This document shows, in pieces, positions 1-10,750 of a stretch of DNA of 36,841 bases (position 1 is the stretch's first letter; each line of letters opens with the position of its first letter). The DNA is from Dehalococcoidia bacterium. GTDB lineage: Bacteria > Chloroflexota > Dehalococcoidia > DSTF01 > RBG-16-68-14. The stretch is from contig JBBEBM010000018.1 of the NCBI GenBank assembly GCA_040882355.1, positions 1 to 36,841 on the forward strand. Direction: 5' to 3'. The notes under the pieces were generated by a model that searched no databases, was not told the origin of the DNA, and saw only the letters and a list, made by a program, of their open reading frames with translations. The position numbers and the translations under genes are program-made.

Positions 1-1
1 C

Positions 2-124
2 GTGTTCTGCCGGCGGCTCACCGATGGCCCCGACCGCCCGGCGCCGCCCGGCGCGTCTTGCGGGCGCCAGACGGTGCGCGTGCTGGAGCACGTCGAGGTG
101 CGGGTGATCGTGGACGGCGACTGA
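2..124 (+). CDS. 3' end of a possible hypothetical CDS running in from the left edge
   Basis: Frame open from window start to TGA 122-124 with GC-rich third positions (…CGRQTVRVLEHVEVRVIVDGD*). Confidence 0.3.
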   Translation: MFCRRLTDGPDRPAPPGASCGRQTVRVLEHVEVRVIVDGD

Positions 125-405
125 GCCGGCTCCGGTCCCCGCGTCCATCGCCGGCCCACTCACCTTGCGCCTACCTTACGCCGGGACGCCGAGAGCTCCA
201 ACGCCGCCATGGCACTCAGCCTGCTGGGAGATTCAGGGCAAAGAGAGAGGCCCAGAGCAGTGGCGGCTACGCTGGGCCTACGTGAGTGTAAACCCACGCA
301 CCGGCTAGGATACGCCCGTGGCGAGCGGGCTGTCAACGGGCTGACGGTGACTATGTGCTCATGGTGATGGGCGGCTCGGAGCGCCAACCGGCTGGTGCGG
401 GCGAT

Positions 406-663
406 TCATGATGGTTTGGCGCGCGGGCTGGGGCGTGCGTCAGCCAGGAGGCGCTCGACTTCTCGTAACGCGTCCAGCACGTCGTCCTTCGTCAAGCTGA
501 TCTTGCGTTGCCGCCGCTGCTCGCGAAGCCTTTCGACCTCCAACGCCAACTCGTCCAGTTCTGATCTGATCGCAGAGAGCTTCGGCTGGATCAAGGACCC
601 GTCGGCGCCGTCGGCGATGGCTTGAACCAGGTTGTCGGCGGAGCTAAGCTGGGCCTGCTCCAC
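406..663 (-). pseudogene. Remnant of the C-terminal coiled-coil of a large serine recombinase
   Basis: DNLVQAIADG…LIQPKLSAIRSELDELALEVERL resembles the post-zinc-ribbon coiled coil of serine integrases; no catalytic N-terminus or good start. Confidence 0.45.
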
Positions 664-757
664 GCAGCAGGCAGGCTAGGACAGGACGGCTCGCCGAGTT
701 GACGCGGCTCGTTTCGGTGCTAATCTTAGGCACGCACCCCGTCGGAGAGGAACTCGC

Positions 758-3700
758 GTGCTAGGTGGCAGACCCAGGCTCGAGGCGTCCGTGCGCAGGT
801 GGTCGGTGTGGCTACGCATCAGCCTGCTGGCCTTCGTCGCGCTGGCGCTCTTCGTCGTCCCTTCGCTCGCTCGATCCCAGACTGGGCAGGGTACCAGCCC
901 GATCGCGATCACGATCACAGACAGCGGCTTCGTTCCGCGCCGCGTGATCGCCCTCCCAGGGCAGAGCATCCTCTTCACCAACGTATCTGGCCAGCCCCAG
1001 ACCGTCACTGCCGAGAGCGGCCTGTTCGACTCAGGTAGCCTGGCGACGGGCGCCGGCTTCAGCCTGGCGCTCTCCATCCCGGGACCACACCTCTACCACT
1101 CCAGCAGCAATCCCGCCTTCAAGGGCACGATCCTGCTCGCGCGCGCCGGGCTCGAGGGCCCAAACGCTGACCTCGCAATCGATCACATCCCCGACGTCGC
1201 CTTCCCGCCGCAGGGCGAGGACGAGGTTGACATTCACCCGCGCCTCGCCACGCTCACATCCCGCACGGACATCATCGTCGGCTTTACGTCGACAGCCACG
1301 GTCGGCGACGCGAACGACGCCCTCGCCGATGCCGGCGTCATCGTGGTAGGCGGACTGCCGGATCTGGGCATGGTGCTCGTCCAGGCGCCAGACACGCCCG
1401 ACTTTTCCGGCCTGGATGCCGCGCTCGGGGTGCTGCAGGCGCATCCGGCCGTCGAGTTCGCCGCCCCGGACCTCCAAACGGAGACGACGGCGCTGCCCCA
1501 AATCGCCGAGAGCGCCGTCGAGACCTTCGCGGGCCAGCCGTGGACATGGTCGACGGTCGCGGCCGGGACGGGCGGCAACTGGGGGCTGGAGGCGTCGCGG
1601 TTCCCGCAGGCGTGGAACCTGCTGGAGGCGGTCGAGCGCAAGAACAACGACATCCGCACAGGCATCGTCGACGGCGGCTTCCAGGCGCACACCGACCTGA
1701 CCAACCTCCAGATCGAGACGCTCTGTCGGACCGTGGCGCTGGTCTCCTCGATCTGTACTGTCACCCAGGCGAGCGACCATGGCAACCACGTGGCGGGTAC
1801 GATCGGCGCCGTCTACGACGATCCTGCGCCAGCGGAACCCGGGCGCTCGTTGGGCGTCAGCGGCGCGAATCCCGTCGCGAAGATGCATGGCGTGACCAAC
1901 AAGCGCACGGAGGGCGTCATCGCGAACATGTTCGCGCGCGAGCTGGAGGTCTGGGAGCTGCTGCTGGACGCTGCGGAGTCCGGAGCCATCCCGAACCTGC
2001 GTGTCGTCAACTTCAGCATGGCTTTCTCGACGGGCAACGGCGACACCTGCCTTGATGACGATGACGGAGACGGCGCGGGATGCGAAGGAGCGAACACGGG
2101 CGGGGCGGCCGACAGCTGCTCCGTGCTTGGTACTACGCCGGACTACGATCCAGCCTTGCACTCGATCGACTGCAACGGCGGCGAGTTCAACGATAAGGCC
2201 GGCTGGTGGGCGGCCCACCCTACCGCCGACTGCGGGCCTGGCGATAGCGACGATGGTTTCGGTGTTCAGGTCTGTACGCCTAACAATGAGGACGGCTGGC
2301 TGAACACCATCGCCAACCTCGGTCGGGCGCACCGCAAAGTGGCTGAGCGCGCGTCCGGTCTCAACGTCATCCTCGTGCCGGGAGCGGGCAACGAGAGCAC
2401 CAGCTTCTGTTCTGCCGCCGCCCACAGTTGCCCCTCGCCCACGATCATCAACTCATCCAGCACGCAGGCCTTCGCGTGGGCCTCCAACCACTGGGTGTCG
2501 CCACTGGATAACCCGATCGTCGTGGTGGAGGCGATCACGAACGGCGCGGGCATCATGTCCCGGGCGCCCTTCTCTAACGTGCGAGGGCCTGTCCTGCCGG
2601 GCTGCACCCCGGCCCAGTGCCTCTACATCTCCGCACCCGGCTTCAACATTCTCAGCGACGTGCTCGGGAACGGATACGGCGTCATGTCCGGCACTTCCAT
2701 GGCGGCGCCTCACGTCACCGGCCTGATCAGCTACCTGCTCGCGTATGACCCGTCACTCACCATCCCGCAAGTCAAGGAGAAGCTGCGGACGTGGGTGAAG
2801 GCCGACACCTGGGCTGGCGCTTCGTTTCGGATCGATGCCTTCGCGACGCTGCTCTCGACGGCGGGCGCGGCCAGGGACATGGTCGACGTGAGCGACCCGT
2901 CGAAGGACGGCAATCGACGCGTGATTCTCGGACCGAACGGCGCGGAGACCGGCGCCGACACGACGCTCAGCTCGCTACCGAACCAGCAGTCCGAGCCCGA
3001 CGGCAAGATCGACATGCGCGACTTCCGCCGCTTCCGCGACGCCTGGCTCCAGACGTGCGCGATCCTGCCAGGCAACGACGCGCTCTGCCCGGAGGCCTTC
3101 GAGATCGCTCTCAACGGCGCCGAAGACCACCCGAAGAAGGACCTCAACTTCGACGGCTGCGTCTACTTGGGCGGCGATCCGAACGGGTGCATCACCCAGG
3201 AGTTGATCCAGCCTCGCTTCGACTTCAACGGCGACGGTCGGGTGCGCAGGGGCGGCGGCGCGGAGCTCCCGATCAAGTCCAACGGTACGCCAGCAGCGAA
3301 CCAAGGCGAAGCGGCCACGATGACCGACCTCGAAGTACTCCTTAGTCAGTGGGAGCCGGCCGCGGCCCTCACCGAGGGTTGGACTCCCGCCGCCATCAAC
3401 CTCCACGACATGATGCGCTCCGGCGACCTGGAGGTCCACGCGGAGGAATTCTTCAACCAGGGCGCGACCGAGGTCACGATCCAAGTCAAGCGCACCGATA
3501 CCGCCGCCTACCTGCCCGAGCGCACGCTCAGCAGCAACGACCCCGACGGTTTCATCGTCATCACCGCGCCAGCCACCGAGCTCGAGATCACCGCGTCTGC
3601 TTCGCTCGACAGCCAGACGGTGGAGACTGCGCCCGTAGACGTCACCCTTCAGCCGGGCGAGGACCGGCGAGTCGAGCTCTGCACATCCTGTCTCGTCCTC

Positions 3701-6700
3701 AAGGCCGAACCGCCACACGTTCCCGCCAACGGAGCGGCGACCTTGATCATTGCCGCCACGCTGAAGAACGACGCCGGCGCCGTCGACGGGGTGCCCGTCA
3801 CGTTCTCGATCGAGCCATCGGGGCCTGGCCACGCAACGCTGAATCCGACCAGCGGCCCGACCGACGCCACTGGTGCGGCGATGACCACCTTCACAGCCGG
3901 CACGATCCCGGCCACCTACACCATCACCGCGCTCGCCGACCTGGGCGGAGGCCAGCAGATCGAGGCGACCCTGGAGATCGAAGCGCTGCCGGAACTCACG
4001 ATCGTCTACACGTGGCGCCAACAGATGGTCAACTGGACGGAGGCGGGGTCGACTCGGTGGACGGGCAACCCGCCGGCGATGCCGGATTGTGAGGTGCCGG
4101 GCGTCGTGCCGTACTGCATCGACAGCTTCGAAATCTCGGCGGACTTCAGCCAGCCCTCTCCCATCCTGGAGCGCGATGGCGTTCTGTCGGGTCCCGGGTT
4201 CGCGCTGGCTCTGGACGAGAACGTAGGTCCCGGCGTTGGGCACTCTGTCAGCTCGTGGACGATCAGCGATCCCGATGGCTCCAACGTGCGTTTCGGCTCC
4301 GAGGAAGCGACGTGGCAGGTGACGGACCCCGACCCTTATCAGGACTACGCCCTGCCCTCCACGGTGTTCGTCGACGACGAGCCGGGAGGGCTCACACTTC
4401 ACGGCTTGGAGGACGTCGCCGAGCTTGGGTACACGCACTCCCTCATCAGCACGCTCACCAGCGGGAACGAAGACCCGATCGAGTTGCATGCGACGCGCGG
4501 CGACTTCCTGCTGATCCCGCGCGGGGATGGCTCCGCCCTCCGCTTTGCCGTCGATGTGTCCGAGCCGCTCTCCTTCGAGCGCCAGCCGGACGGCACCTTC
4601 GCGCCCTATCAGTTCTGCGGCAGGTTCGAGAGCGACCTGACGACGGACTTCGGCTATCGCGTCGCCGCGCCAGCCGAGTGGATCCCGGGCGCCACCGACC
4701 TGACCCGCAAGACCAGCTACCAGCCTAACGACCGCCCTATGCCCGTCGGCCCCGGCAACATGATCGTCCAATATTCCTTCGCTGCTGCCGCCGGGTACGC
4801 CGGTCAGCCGCTCTCGGTCAGCCTGCCGGACTGCTCCATCAACAACCCACCAGACGCGGACTTCGACTACAGTCCTGCGAACCTCAAAGAGGGCCGCGTC
4901 GTTCTCTTCACCGACACGTCCAGCGACCCCGAACACAACATCGATACTTGGGAATGGGACTTCGGTGACGGCGCCACCGACTCGGAACCCGATCCATACC
5001 ACCTCTACAAGGACAACGGGAGTTACGTCGTCACACTCACAGTCACGGATACCGGGGGCGAGACGGATACCGTCAGCGAGACCGTCTCCGTCGCCAACCT
5101 GCCGCCGGAGCCGGAGCTGGACGACGCCGTGGGGCAGCAAGGCCAGCCGCTGGTCATGCGTATGCGGCTCTTCGACCCGGGCATGGCAGACCGCGCCGAT
5201 CTCGACTTCGACCTGCGCTTCACCGGCTCGAGCACGGCGCTCGCCCAGGGGACGCTGGCCGCTGGTGCGTACAATGTCAGCTTTCCCCAGGGCCTACCCG
5301 TGGGTGTGCACTCGGTCACCTTGACCGCGACCGACAAGGACGGCGCCAGCGCTTCCGATGAGGCGACGGTGGTCTCGCTCGGCGAGCCTCCGCCGCCACC
5401 GCCGCCTCCCCCTCCGCCTACGCCCACGTGCGACCTCAACGTAGAGCTCGACGCCGTTGAGCAGGCCTTCCTCGACCTGCTCAACGAGTACCGGGCGCAG
5501 AACGGCCTGGCGCCCGTCGGCGTCTCGCCAACGCTGACCCAAGCGGCCGAGCGGCACTCAGACGACATGGTGGTGAACAACTTCTTTGGCCAGCTCGGGA
5601 ACCCAGGCTTCGACCCGCACACCGGCTCGGATGGCAGCAGTTCGCTCGACCGCGCGCGAGATGCCGGCTACCCGGGTGACGTCGTGAGCGAGAACCTGGC
5701 GATGGATCTCGAATCTGCGCCGGACGCCCTCCTTGGCTGGAAGACCTCCACGGCCGGCCACAACGAGAACATGCTCAACCCAGACTGGAAAGCCGTCGGG
5801 ATCTCACGAGAGGAGGGCGGCGTCTGGTACTGGGCGACGAGCTACGGCGATGTGCTCGACTGCCCGCCTCCCGGTAGCTCGTCCCTCCAATCCTTCTCCG
5901 CGCCCTCCTCCGGGCACTTGCCGACGAGTCTAGACCCGGCGCCGGCTGGAGGCGGCGAGCCCGTTATCCTCGAACCGGCCGCCCCAGACCGGCCCGGCCC
6001 GGCCGATCAGCCGCCCGCTCTCATCGGCTCGACCCAGACCATCACGCTGAGCCGTGGCACGACCGGCGCATTGGGGCCGGCTGCTCAGTCGCAGCCGTCA
6101 TCGGGCCCGGTGACCCAGTCACAGCCGTCGTCCTACCCGCCGGTGCCGGCGTTCGTGATCTCTAACGCCGCGCCGGCCGCCGGCCTCCCGGTCACCTTCA
6201 CCAACCGCTCGCGCGACGCGAACGGCAGCCTGATCGGGGCGACGCTCGACCTCGACGATGGGTCTCAGGCAGTGGCGCTGGGCCCGGGAGCGACCCTCGC
6301 GCACACATACACGGTGGGTGGCGACTTCGATGTCACTGTGACCGCCACGGACGCGAAGTCGCACCAGCTCACGGTCACGCGCCGCGTCACCGTGATGGCG
6401 GCCACCCTTACCCGCACCCCGACGCCGACACGCACAAGCACCCGCACGCCCACCATCACCCCGACTGCCACCTCCACCCCAAAGCCCGAAAAGTTCACGG
6501 TGAACAGCACCGCAGACGCTGAGGACCTGAACATAGGCGACGGCATCTGCGCGAGCTCGACCGGCGCCTGCACGCTGCGCGCCGCCATTCAGGAGGCGAA
6601 CGCGACTCCCCTGACCGCCGACACTATCAACCTGTCCGCAGGCACCTACACGCTGGAAGGCGGTAGCAGCGACGCCGACGAGGAGTTCGCCGAGGAAGGC

Positions 6701-8296
6701 GACCTGGACATTCGCGCGAGTCTGACGATCAATGGCGCTGGTTCCGGCAGCACCATCATTCAGGGAGGGACGCAGCCCTTGTGGGTGGACCGGATTTTCC
6801 AGATTCACTTCGGCGAGGTCGAGATGAGCGGCGTCACCATCCGCTACGGCTTCGCCCGGAACGACAATAACCAGCACGTCCCAGGCGGCGGCATCTGGCA
6901 CTGGGCCGGGCAGCTTACGCTGGACGACGTCGTCATCGACCAGAACCGCGCGGCCACGGGCGGAGGGATCTACAGCGTCGGGGGCGGACTGACTCTGACC
7001 GACAGCACAATCAGCGATAACGCGGTTGGCGACAGCATTGTCGTGCCCGCAAGCCAGGAGAGCGTTGGTGGAGGCGTCTACGTCGGTGGGTCCGACTCCG
7101 TGACGATCGCGAATAGCGTCATCACGGGGAACTTCGGTATTGGCGGCGGGATTGGAAACGACGGAACGGTCGACATTACTCATACGACCATCACGATGAA
7201 CCGGTCGACATCGTTCTTCTCGCCCTGCCGCGGCGGAGGCGTCATGAACCGCGGCACGGTCACCGCGACGCGAACAACGATCAGCTTCAACTCGGTGGGC
7301 AATCCAAGCGGCTGCGAGAGTGACGGCGGCGGCATCTGGAACAACGGGACGTTTACCCTGGCCAACAGCACGCTGAGCGGCAATGGTGAGCTTGGGCCAG
7401 GTGACGTGGGAGGCGGTGTATTCAACGCCGGCGGCTCGTTCTCCGCGCAACATTCGACGATCACGGGCAACAAAACGGGTGTCTACATTACCGCGGGTAC
7501 CGTCAGCTTGAAGAGCACCATCCTCGGTGCTAACTTGTTCAGTGACTGCCTGGGCTTCGTGGGCGCCAACAGCGTCAATTCTCAGGGTCACAACCTGATC
7601 CACGACACCAGCGGTTGCACGATCACGGGCGACACGTCGGGCAATGTCACCGGCGTGAGCCCTAACCTCGGCCCGCTCGGCGACAACGGCGGGCCGACGC
7701 TCACGCACGCGCTGCTCCCTGGCAGCGCCGCCATCGATGCCGGCAGCGCCTCCTGCCCGCCGCCGTCCACGGATCAGCGTGGCCACCCGCGACCCGAGGG
7801 CCCGGCGTGCGACATTGGCGCCTTCGAGGCCTCTCCGGATGACTTCTCTACGCCTACGCCTTCGCCTACCCGTACGCCCACACCCGTCGCGCCCGACTCC
7901 GACAACGACGGCTGCACCGATAGCCAGGAGAACGGCTCGAACGCGCAGAACGGCGGCCGGCGCGACCCTGATAACTTCTGGGACTTCTTCGACGTGCCGA
8001 CAGGGTCGCCGCTTCAGCGCGATCACGCCGTGACCGCAGGCGACCTTGCCGCCGTCGTCTCGCGCTTCGGCTCGAACGACGCCACACCGGGCGCGTTCAA
8101 TCGCAGCAGCGACCCGCGTTCGACGCCGAACCCCGCCGTCCAGCCATCAGGCGCGCGCCCGAACTACCACCCGGCATACGATCGCGGCGGAAGCGCTCCC
8201 GGCGGCGACCCCTGGGACCTGCTTCCCCCGGACGGGTCGATCACGGCGGGGGACATCGCGTCAGCGGTGGTGCAGTTCGGCCATAGCTGCGTCTAG
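758..8296 (+). CDS. Giant secreted/surface S8 (subtilisin-like) serine protease: signal peptide, cupredoxin-like, S8, Ig/Big_1, PKD x2, CAP, CSLREA/beta-helix, choice-of-anchor-Q-like and flexitail-like C-terminus
   Basis: Catalytic triad motifs GIVDGG, HGNHVAGTI, GTSMAAPHV; oxyanion GAGNE; PKD WEWDFGDG; CAP LLNEYRAQNGL/HSDDM/GHNENML; CTLRAAIQEAN; DQRG…CDIGAFE; DSDNDGCTD…NFWDFFDVP. Confidence 0.92.
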   Translation: MLGGRPRLEASVRRWSVWLRISLLAFVALALFVVPSLARSQTGQGTSPIAITITDSGFVPRRVIALPGQSILFTNVSGQPQTVTAESGLFDSGSLATGAGFSLALSIPGPHLYHSSSNPAFKGTILLARAGLEGPNADLAIDHIPDVAFPPQGEDEVDIHPRLATLTSRTDIIVGFTSTATVGDANDALADAGVIVVGGLPDLGMVLVQAPDTPDFSGLDAALGVLQAHPAVEFAAPDLQTETTALPQIAESAVETFAGQPWTWSTVAAGTGGNWGLEASRFPQAWNLLEAVERKNNDIRTGIVDGGFQAHTDLTNLQIETLCRTVALVSSICTVTQASDHGNHVAGTIGAVYDDPAPAEPGRSLGVSGANPVAKMHGVTNKRTEGVIANMFARELEVWELLLDAAESGAIPNLRVVNFSMAFSTGNGDTCLDDDDGDGAGCEGANTGGAADSCSVLGTTPDYDPALHSIDCNGGEFNDKAGWWAAHPTADCGPGDSDDGFGVQVCTPNNEDGWLNTIANLGRAHRKVAERASGLNVILVPGAGNESTSFCSAAAHSCPSPTIINSSSTQAFAWASNHWVSPLDNPIVVVEAITNGAGIMSRAPFSNVRGPVLPGCTPAQCLYISAPGFNILSDVLGNGYGVMSGTSMAAPHVTGLISYLLAYDPSLTIPQVKEKLRTWVKADTWAGASFRIDAFATLLSTAGAARDMVDVSDPSKDGNRRVILGPNGAETGADTTLSSLPNQQSEPDGKIDMRDFRRFRDAWLQTCAILPGNDALCPEAFEIALNGAEDHPKKDLNFDGCVYLGGDPNGCITQELIQPRFDFNGDGRVRRGGGAELPIKSNGTPAANQGEAATMTDLEVLLSQWEPAAALTEGWTPAAINLHDMMRSGDLEVHAEEFFNQGATEVTIQVKRTDTAAYLPERTLSSNDPDGFIVITAPATELEITASASLDSQTVETAPVDVTLQPGEDRRVELCTSCLVLKAEPPHVPANGAATLIIAATLKNDAGAVDGVPVTFSIEPSGPGHATLNPTSGPTDATGAAMTTFTAGTIPATYTITALADLGGGQQIEATLEIEALPELTIVYTWRQQMVNWTEAGSTRWTGNPPAMPDCEVPGVVPYCIDSFEISADFSQPSPILERDGVLSGPGFALALDENVGPGVGHSVSSWTISDPDGSNVRFGSEEATWQVTDPDPYQDYALPSTVFVDDEPGGLTLHGLEDVAELGYTHSLISTLTSGNEDPIELHATRGDFLLIPRGDGSALRFAVDVSEPLSFERQPDGTFAPYQFCGRFESDLTTDFGYRVAAPAEWIPGATDLTRKTSYQPNDRPMPVGPGNMIVQYSFAAAAGYAGQPLSVSLPDCSINNPPDADFDYSPANLKEGRVVLFTDTSSDPEHNIDTWEWDFGDGATDSEPDPYHLYKDNGSYVVTLTVTDTGGETDTVSETVSVANLPPEPELDDAVGQQGQPLVMRMRLFDPGMADRADLDFDLRFTGSSTALAQGTLAAGAYNVSFPQGLPVGVHSVTLTATDKDGASASDEATVVSLGEPPPPPPPPPPPTPTCDLNVELDAVEQAFLDLLNEYRAQNGLAPVGVSPTLTQAAERHSDDMVVNNFFGQLGNPGFDPHTGSDGSSSLDRARDAGYPGDVVSENLAMDLESAPDALLGWKTSTAGHNENMLNPDWKAVGISREEGGVWYWATSYGDVLDCPPPGSSSLQSFSAPSSGHLPTSLDPAPAGGGEPVILEPAAPDRPGPADQPPALIGSTQTITLSRGTTGALGPAAQSQPSSGPVTQSQPSSYPPVPAFVISNAAPAAGLPVTFTNRSRDANGSLIGATLDLDDGSQAVALGPGATLAHTYTVGGDFDVTVTATDAKSHQLTVTRRVTVMAATLTRTPTPTRTSTRTPTITPTATSTPKPEKFTVNSTADAEDLNIGDGICASSTGACTLRAAIQEANATPLTADTINLSAGTYTLEGGSSDADEEFAEEGDLDIRASLTINGAGSGSTIIQGGTQPLWVDRIFQIHFGEVEMSGVTIRYGFARNDNNQHVPGGGIWHWAGQLTLDDVVIDQNRAATGGGIYSVGGGLTLTDSTISDNAVGDSIVVPASQESVGGGVYVGGSDSVTIANSVITGNFGIGGGIGNDGTVDITHTTITMNRSTSFFSPCRGGGVMNRGTVTATRTTISFNSVGNPSGCESDGGGIWNNGTFTLANSTLSGNGELGPGDVGGGVFNAGGSFSAQHSTITGNKTGVYITAGTVSLKSTILGANLFSDCLGFVGANSVNSQGHNLIHDTSGCTITGDTSGNVTGVSPNLGPLGDNGGPTLTHALLPGSAAIDAGSASCPPPSTDQRGHPRPEGPACDIGAFEASPDDFSTPTPSPTRTPTPVAPDSDNDGCTDSQENGSNAQNGGRRDPDNFWDFFDVPTGSPLQRDHAVTAGDLAAVVSRFGSNDATPGAFNRSSDPRSTPNPAVQPSGARPNYHPAYDRGGSAPGGDPWDLLPPDGSITAGDIASAVVQFGHSCV

Positions 8297-8489
8297 CTGA
8301 GCCAGCCCCAGGAGGAGCGCTGGCGGTCGTCCACCGAAGCCAGACTGCTGCGCGTCTCTGCGACTATCGGCGCATAGTGCTGGCCCGTGTGCCGATGAGG
8401 CTCGACGCCCTCAATTAGCGAGACGAGCCGCAGAGGGGCTCGAGGCCAGACCCTCCTCTACTGGCGGATGCAAACTGTGCCGACTGGTG

Positions 8490-9080
8490 CTACTCCGTGC
8501 TTTGCTGTTCGCCGTCCATGGCGGTCTCGGCGCCTTCGGCCAGATTAGCGATCGCCGTGGGCTCCAGCATCTCCCGCAGGTCAGTGTCGTTCTCCTTTTC
8601 GGCTGGCATGCCGAGATGCTGCTGCAGCCTCGCGATCATGTCCATCATCTTGGTGATCTCGCGCTCGGCAACCATGTTGAGCTCCAAGTCGACGCTCGCC
8701 CGGTGGTCAGCTTGATATGCCTGCCGGTTCTGGCTTATCAGCACGAACGTTGAGAGGAAGATCGCTTCCAGCGACACGATCATGGTCAGGAACGTGAACG
8801 GGAACGGATCAAAGTGAAACCAGACAGCATTGCCGGCGATCCATGCGCCAAACCAGACGACGTGTAGCCAAACATAGACCATGCTGCCGCTAAAGGCGGT
8901 GATCCGGTGGGCAAGGCGTTCGCTGGCATCGGTGTCGCTTTCCGTGCGCTCGTGCAGCGCTGCCAGCTCGCCTGCGCTCTCGATCTCAGCGCGACCCGGT
9001 CGTGGCGGGGAGGTTTGGGTACCGCCGTTTCCCTCGGGCGTTGAAGCGCTGCTCGCCCCCGTTTCAGCCTTCATGGGCAT
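8490..9080 (-). CDS. DUF1003-family membrane protein
   Basis: FDPFPFTFLTMIVSLEAIFLSTFVLISQNRQ signature; GGAGG at 9083-9087 favours ATG 9074 or 9080 over 9149. Confidence 0.88.
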   Translation of the reverse strand: MPMKAETGASSASTPEGNGGTQTSPPRPGRAEIESAGELAALHERTESDTDASERLAHRITAFSGSMVYVWLHVVWFGAWIAGNAVWFHFDPFPFTFLTMIVSLEAIFLSTFVLISQNRQAYQADHRASVDLELNMVAEREITKMMDMIARLQQHLGMPAEKENDTDLREMLEPTAIANLAEGAETAMDGEQQSTE

Positions 9081-9145
9081 GGCCTCCGGTTCGCGCGCGC
9101 CGTGCGTTACGGGGTGGCGCCGCTTCGCCGGCGGCCCGGCCGGTA

Positions 9146-9748
9146 TCAAGACGTTCCCCTAAGCAGCTTCTCACGCGACTGCTCCGCTCGGGCTGCGCCG
9201 ATGGCGGTCGTCACGTCCTTCTGTTCTTCCGGCGGCGGAAGCACGGCCGGCATCCCGAGCGACTCGATCCAGAGCTCGCGCGCCCAGCCCTTGGTGTGGA
9301 AGAGGTGCTCGTCTTCCTGCTCCTCTACCTCACCGAAAGCTTCTCGCAGGGCGCGCTGTTTTGCGCCGTTGAGTTCCTCGGCGACCTGGCCGATCAGTTC
9401 CCAATTTGCATGGTCTTTCGTCTCGGCGAGCACGACGCACTCTGCGGCGACGATCTGCGCCGTTGGCTGCCCGGCCTGGAGCGCCATCTCCATTGCTTCC
9501 ACGAGCGACCGGCCGAGATGTCGCACGACGTGTCGCCCCGTTGTCTCCGTGGCGGGGTCCAGGGCCAGCTTCTCGAAGACGTCGAGGACGATGCGCTCGT
9601 GGTTGCGAGTTTCGTTCAAGTACTTCTCCCACTCGTCCCGCAGATCCGGCTTGTCGGCGCAGCGAATCGCCGTCTCGTAGACTTGCTGCCCGCCGATTTC
9701 AGTTTCCAAGGCTTGGTACAAGAGCTCGTTGATCTGTTCCGTCTTCAT
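9146..9748 (-). CDS. Ferritin-like (diiron four-helix) protein
   Basis: LYQALETEIGG, ExxxH/ExxDH/EDEH carboxylate-His motifs; RBS-like GAGGA upstream. Confidence 0.8.
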   Translation of the reverse strand: MKTEQINELLYQALETEIGGQQVYETAIRCADKPDLRDEWEKYLNETRNHERIVLDVFEKLALDPATETTGRHVVRHLGRSLVEAMEMALQAGQPTAQIVAAECVVLAETKDHANWELIGQVAEELNGAKQRALREAFGEVEEQEDEHLFHTKGWARELWIESLGMPAVLPPPEEQKDVTTAIGAARAEQSREKLLRGTS

Positions 9749-9770
9749 GTTTGCATCCTCTCCTTCGGCT

Positions 9771-10619
9771 TCAAAATCGTTTGCTGCAGGCTCTCGCCCT
9801 TGCTGGCCCTTGGGTTCCTATGTCGCGGGCTGCGGTTGGACCGACCTGTGACTCGCACCTGGCTGCCATCGCAGCGGCGAGCGAGCGGATCGTCGCCGCC
9901 TGCTTCAGCCCCTTGCAGAGGTCTACGACGAGTGGCGCATACGACTTGCCATCGATCCGCGTTCGCTTCGCCTCGAACGCCGCGCGTACGCTCTCCAGCG
10001 AGAGTTCGTTTCCCGGGATGACGGTGCTCCGAATGCCGACCTGGAAGGGATGATGGGCATCGCTTCCTCCCGAGACAGGAAGGCCGGCCGTCGCGGCCAG
10101 CGGAGCGACCGCGTCATCGAGCCTATAGTCTTTGCCGTTGATCTCGAGCGCGGCGACGCGGTCCAGCGTGGCACCCAGCGGCAGTCGGCCCAGCTCTTTC
10201 CCCTCGCGGAATGGGTGAGCAGCAATCACGAGCAGATCGCGGCGGCGCGCCTCCTCCAGGAACACGATGCCTGCTGGGAAGTGGCCCTCAGACAGACTCG
10301 GCGAGAAGGCGAAATCCAAGCGCTCTAGCTGATCGAGTTCGCCGAGCAGGATGAAGTCGACTTTCTCGGCCACCGTGACCTCGCAGCCTGAGAGCATGGG
10401 ATACCCACCGCCAACGTCGTACGCCCCGTGCCGGTACGCATACCGGCGCCGCAGGTAATCATGCATCTCCCAGAACTGTTTGGCGTGGATGTGCTCGGTC
10501 AACCCAAACCCCGTCAGGCCCCGCCGATTGGCAAGTTCCCTCAGTCGCGATATTGCTGCGGGTTCGAAGTCAAATCCCTTGGACAAGCGCCCATGAACGT
10601 GGAGGTCAGCGTACTGCAA
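9771..10619 (-). CDS. PHP-domain metallophosphoesterase
   Basis: DLHVH, LTEH, AHPFR, GGSDAH motifs; TTG start after AAGGAAGGA. Confidence 0.88.
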   Translation of the reverse strand: MQYADLHVHGRLSKGFDFEPAAISRLRELANRRGLTGFGLTEHIHAKQFWEMHDYLRRRYAYRHGAYDVGGGYPMLSGCEVTVAEKVDFILLGELDQLERLDFAFSPSLSEGHFPAGIVFLEEARRRDLLVIAAHPFREGKELGRLPLGATLDRVAALEINGKDYRLDDAVAPLAATAGLPVSGGSDAHHPFQVGIRSTVIPGNELSLESVRAAFEAKRTRIDGKSYAPLVVDLCKGLKQAATIRSLAAAMAARCESQVGPTAARDIGTQGPARARACSKRF

Positions 10620-10658
10620 GTCGCACTTTCCTTCCTTCTCCGGATGACCGGAGTGTTC

Positions 10659-10748
10659 CTAGCGAGCCACCAATCCAGCGGCAGCTACGAGCAACACGTA
10701 GCTCATGACACCGGTGATGAGCAGCCACGTCAGGACCTCGCGCGCCAT
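10659..10748 (-). CDS. 29-aa single-TM microprotein (MAREVLTWLLITGVMSYVLLVAAAGLVAR), not in ORF track
   Basis: ATG 2 nt after upstream stop in the same operon; hydrophobic helix. Confidence 0.4.
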   Translation of the reverse strand: MAREVLTWLLITGVMSYVLLVAAAGLVAR

Positions 10749-10750
10749 GG

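Noticed and set aside
5387..6480. Pro and Thr-Pro repeats as DNA repeat elements
   Set aside because: Ordinary protein linkers inside the surface protease
1031..8026. Long antisense ORFs (464, 721, 635 aa)
   Set aside because: Shadows of the GC-rich giant gene with no recognisable motifs
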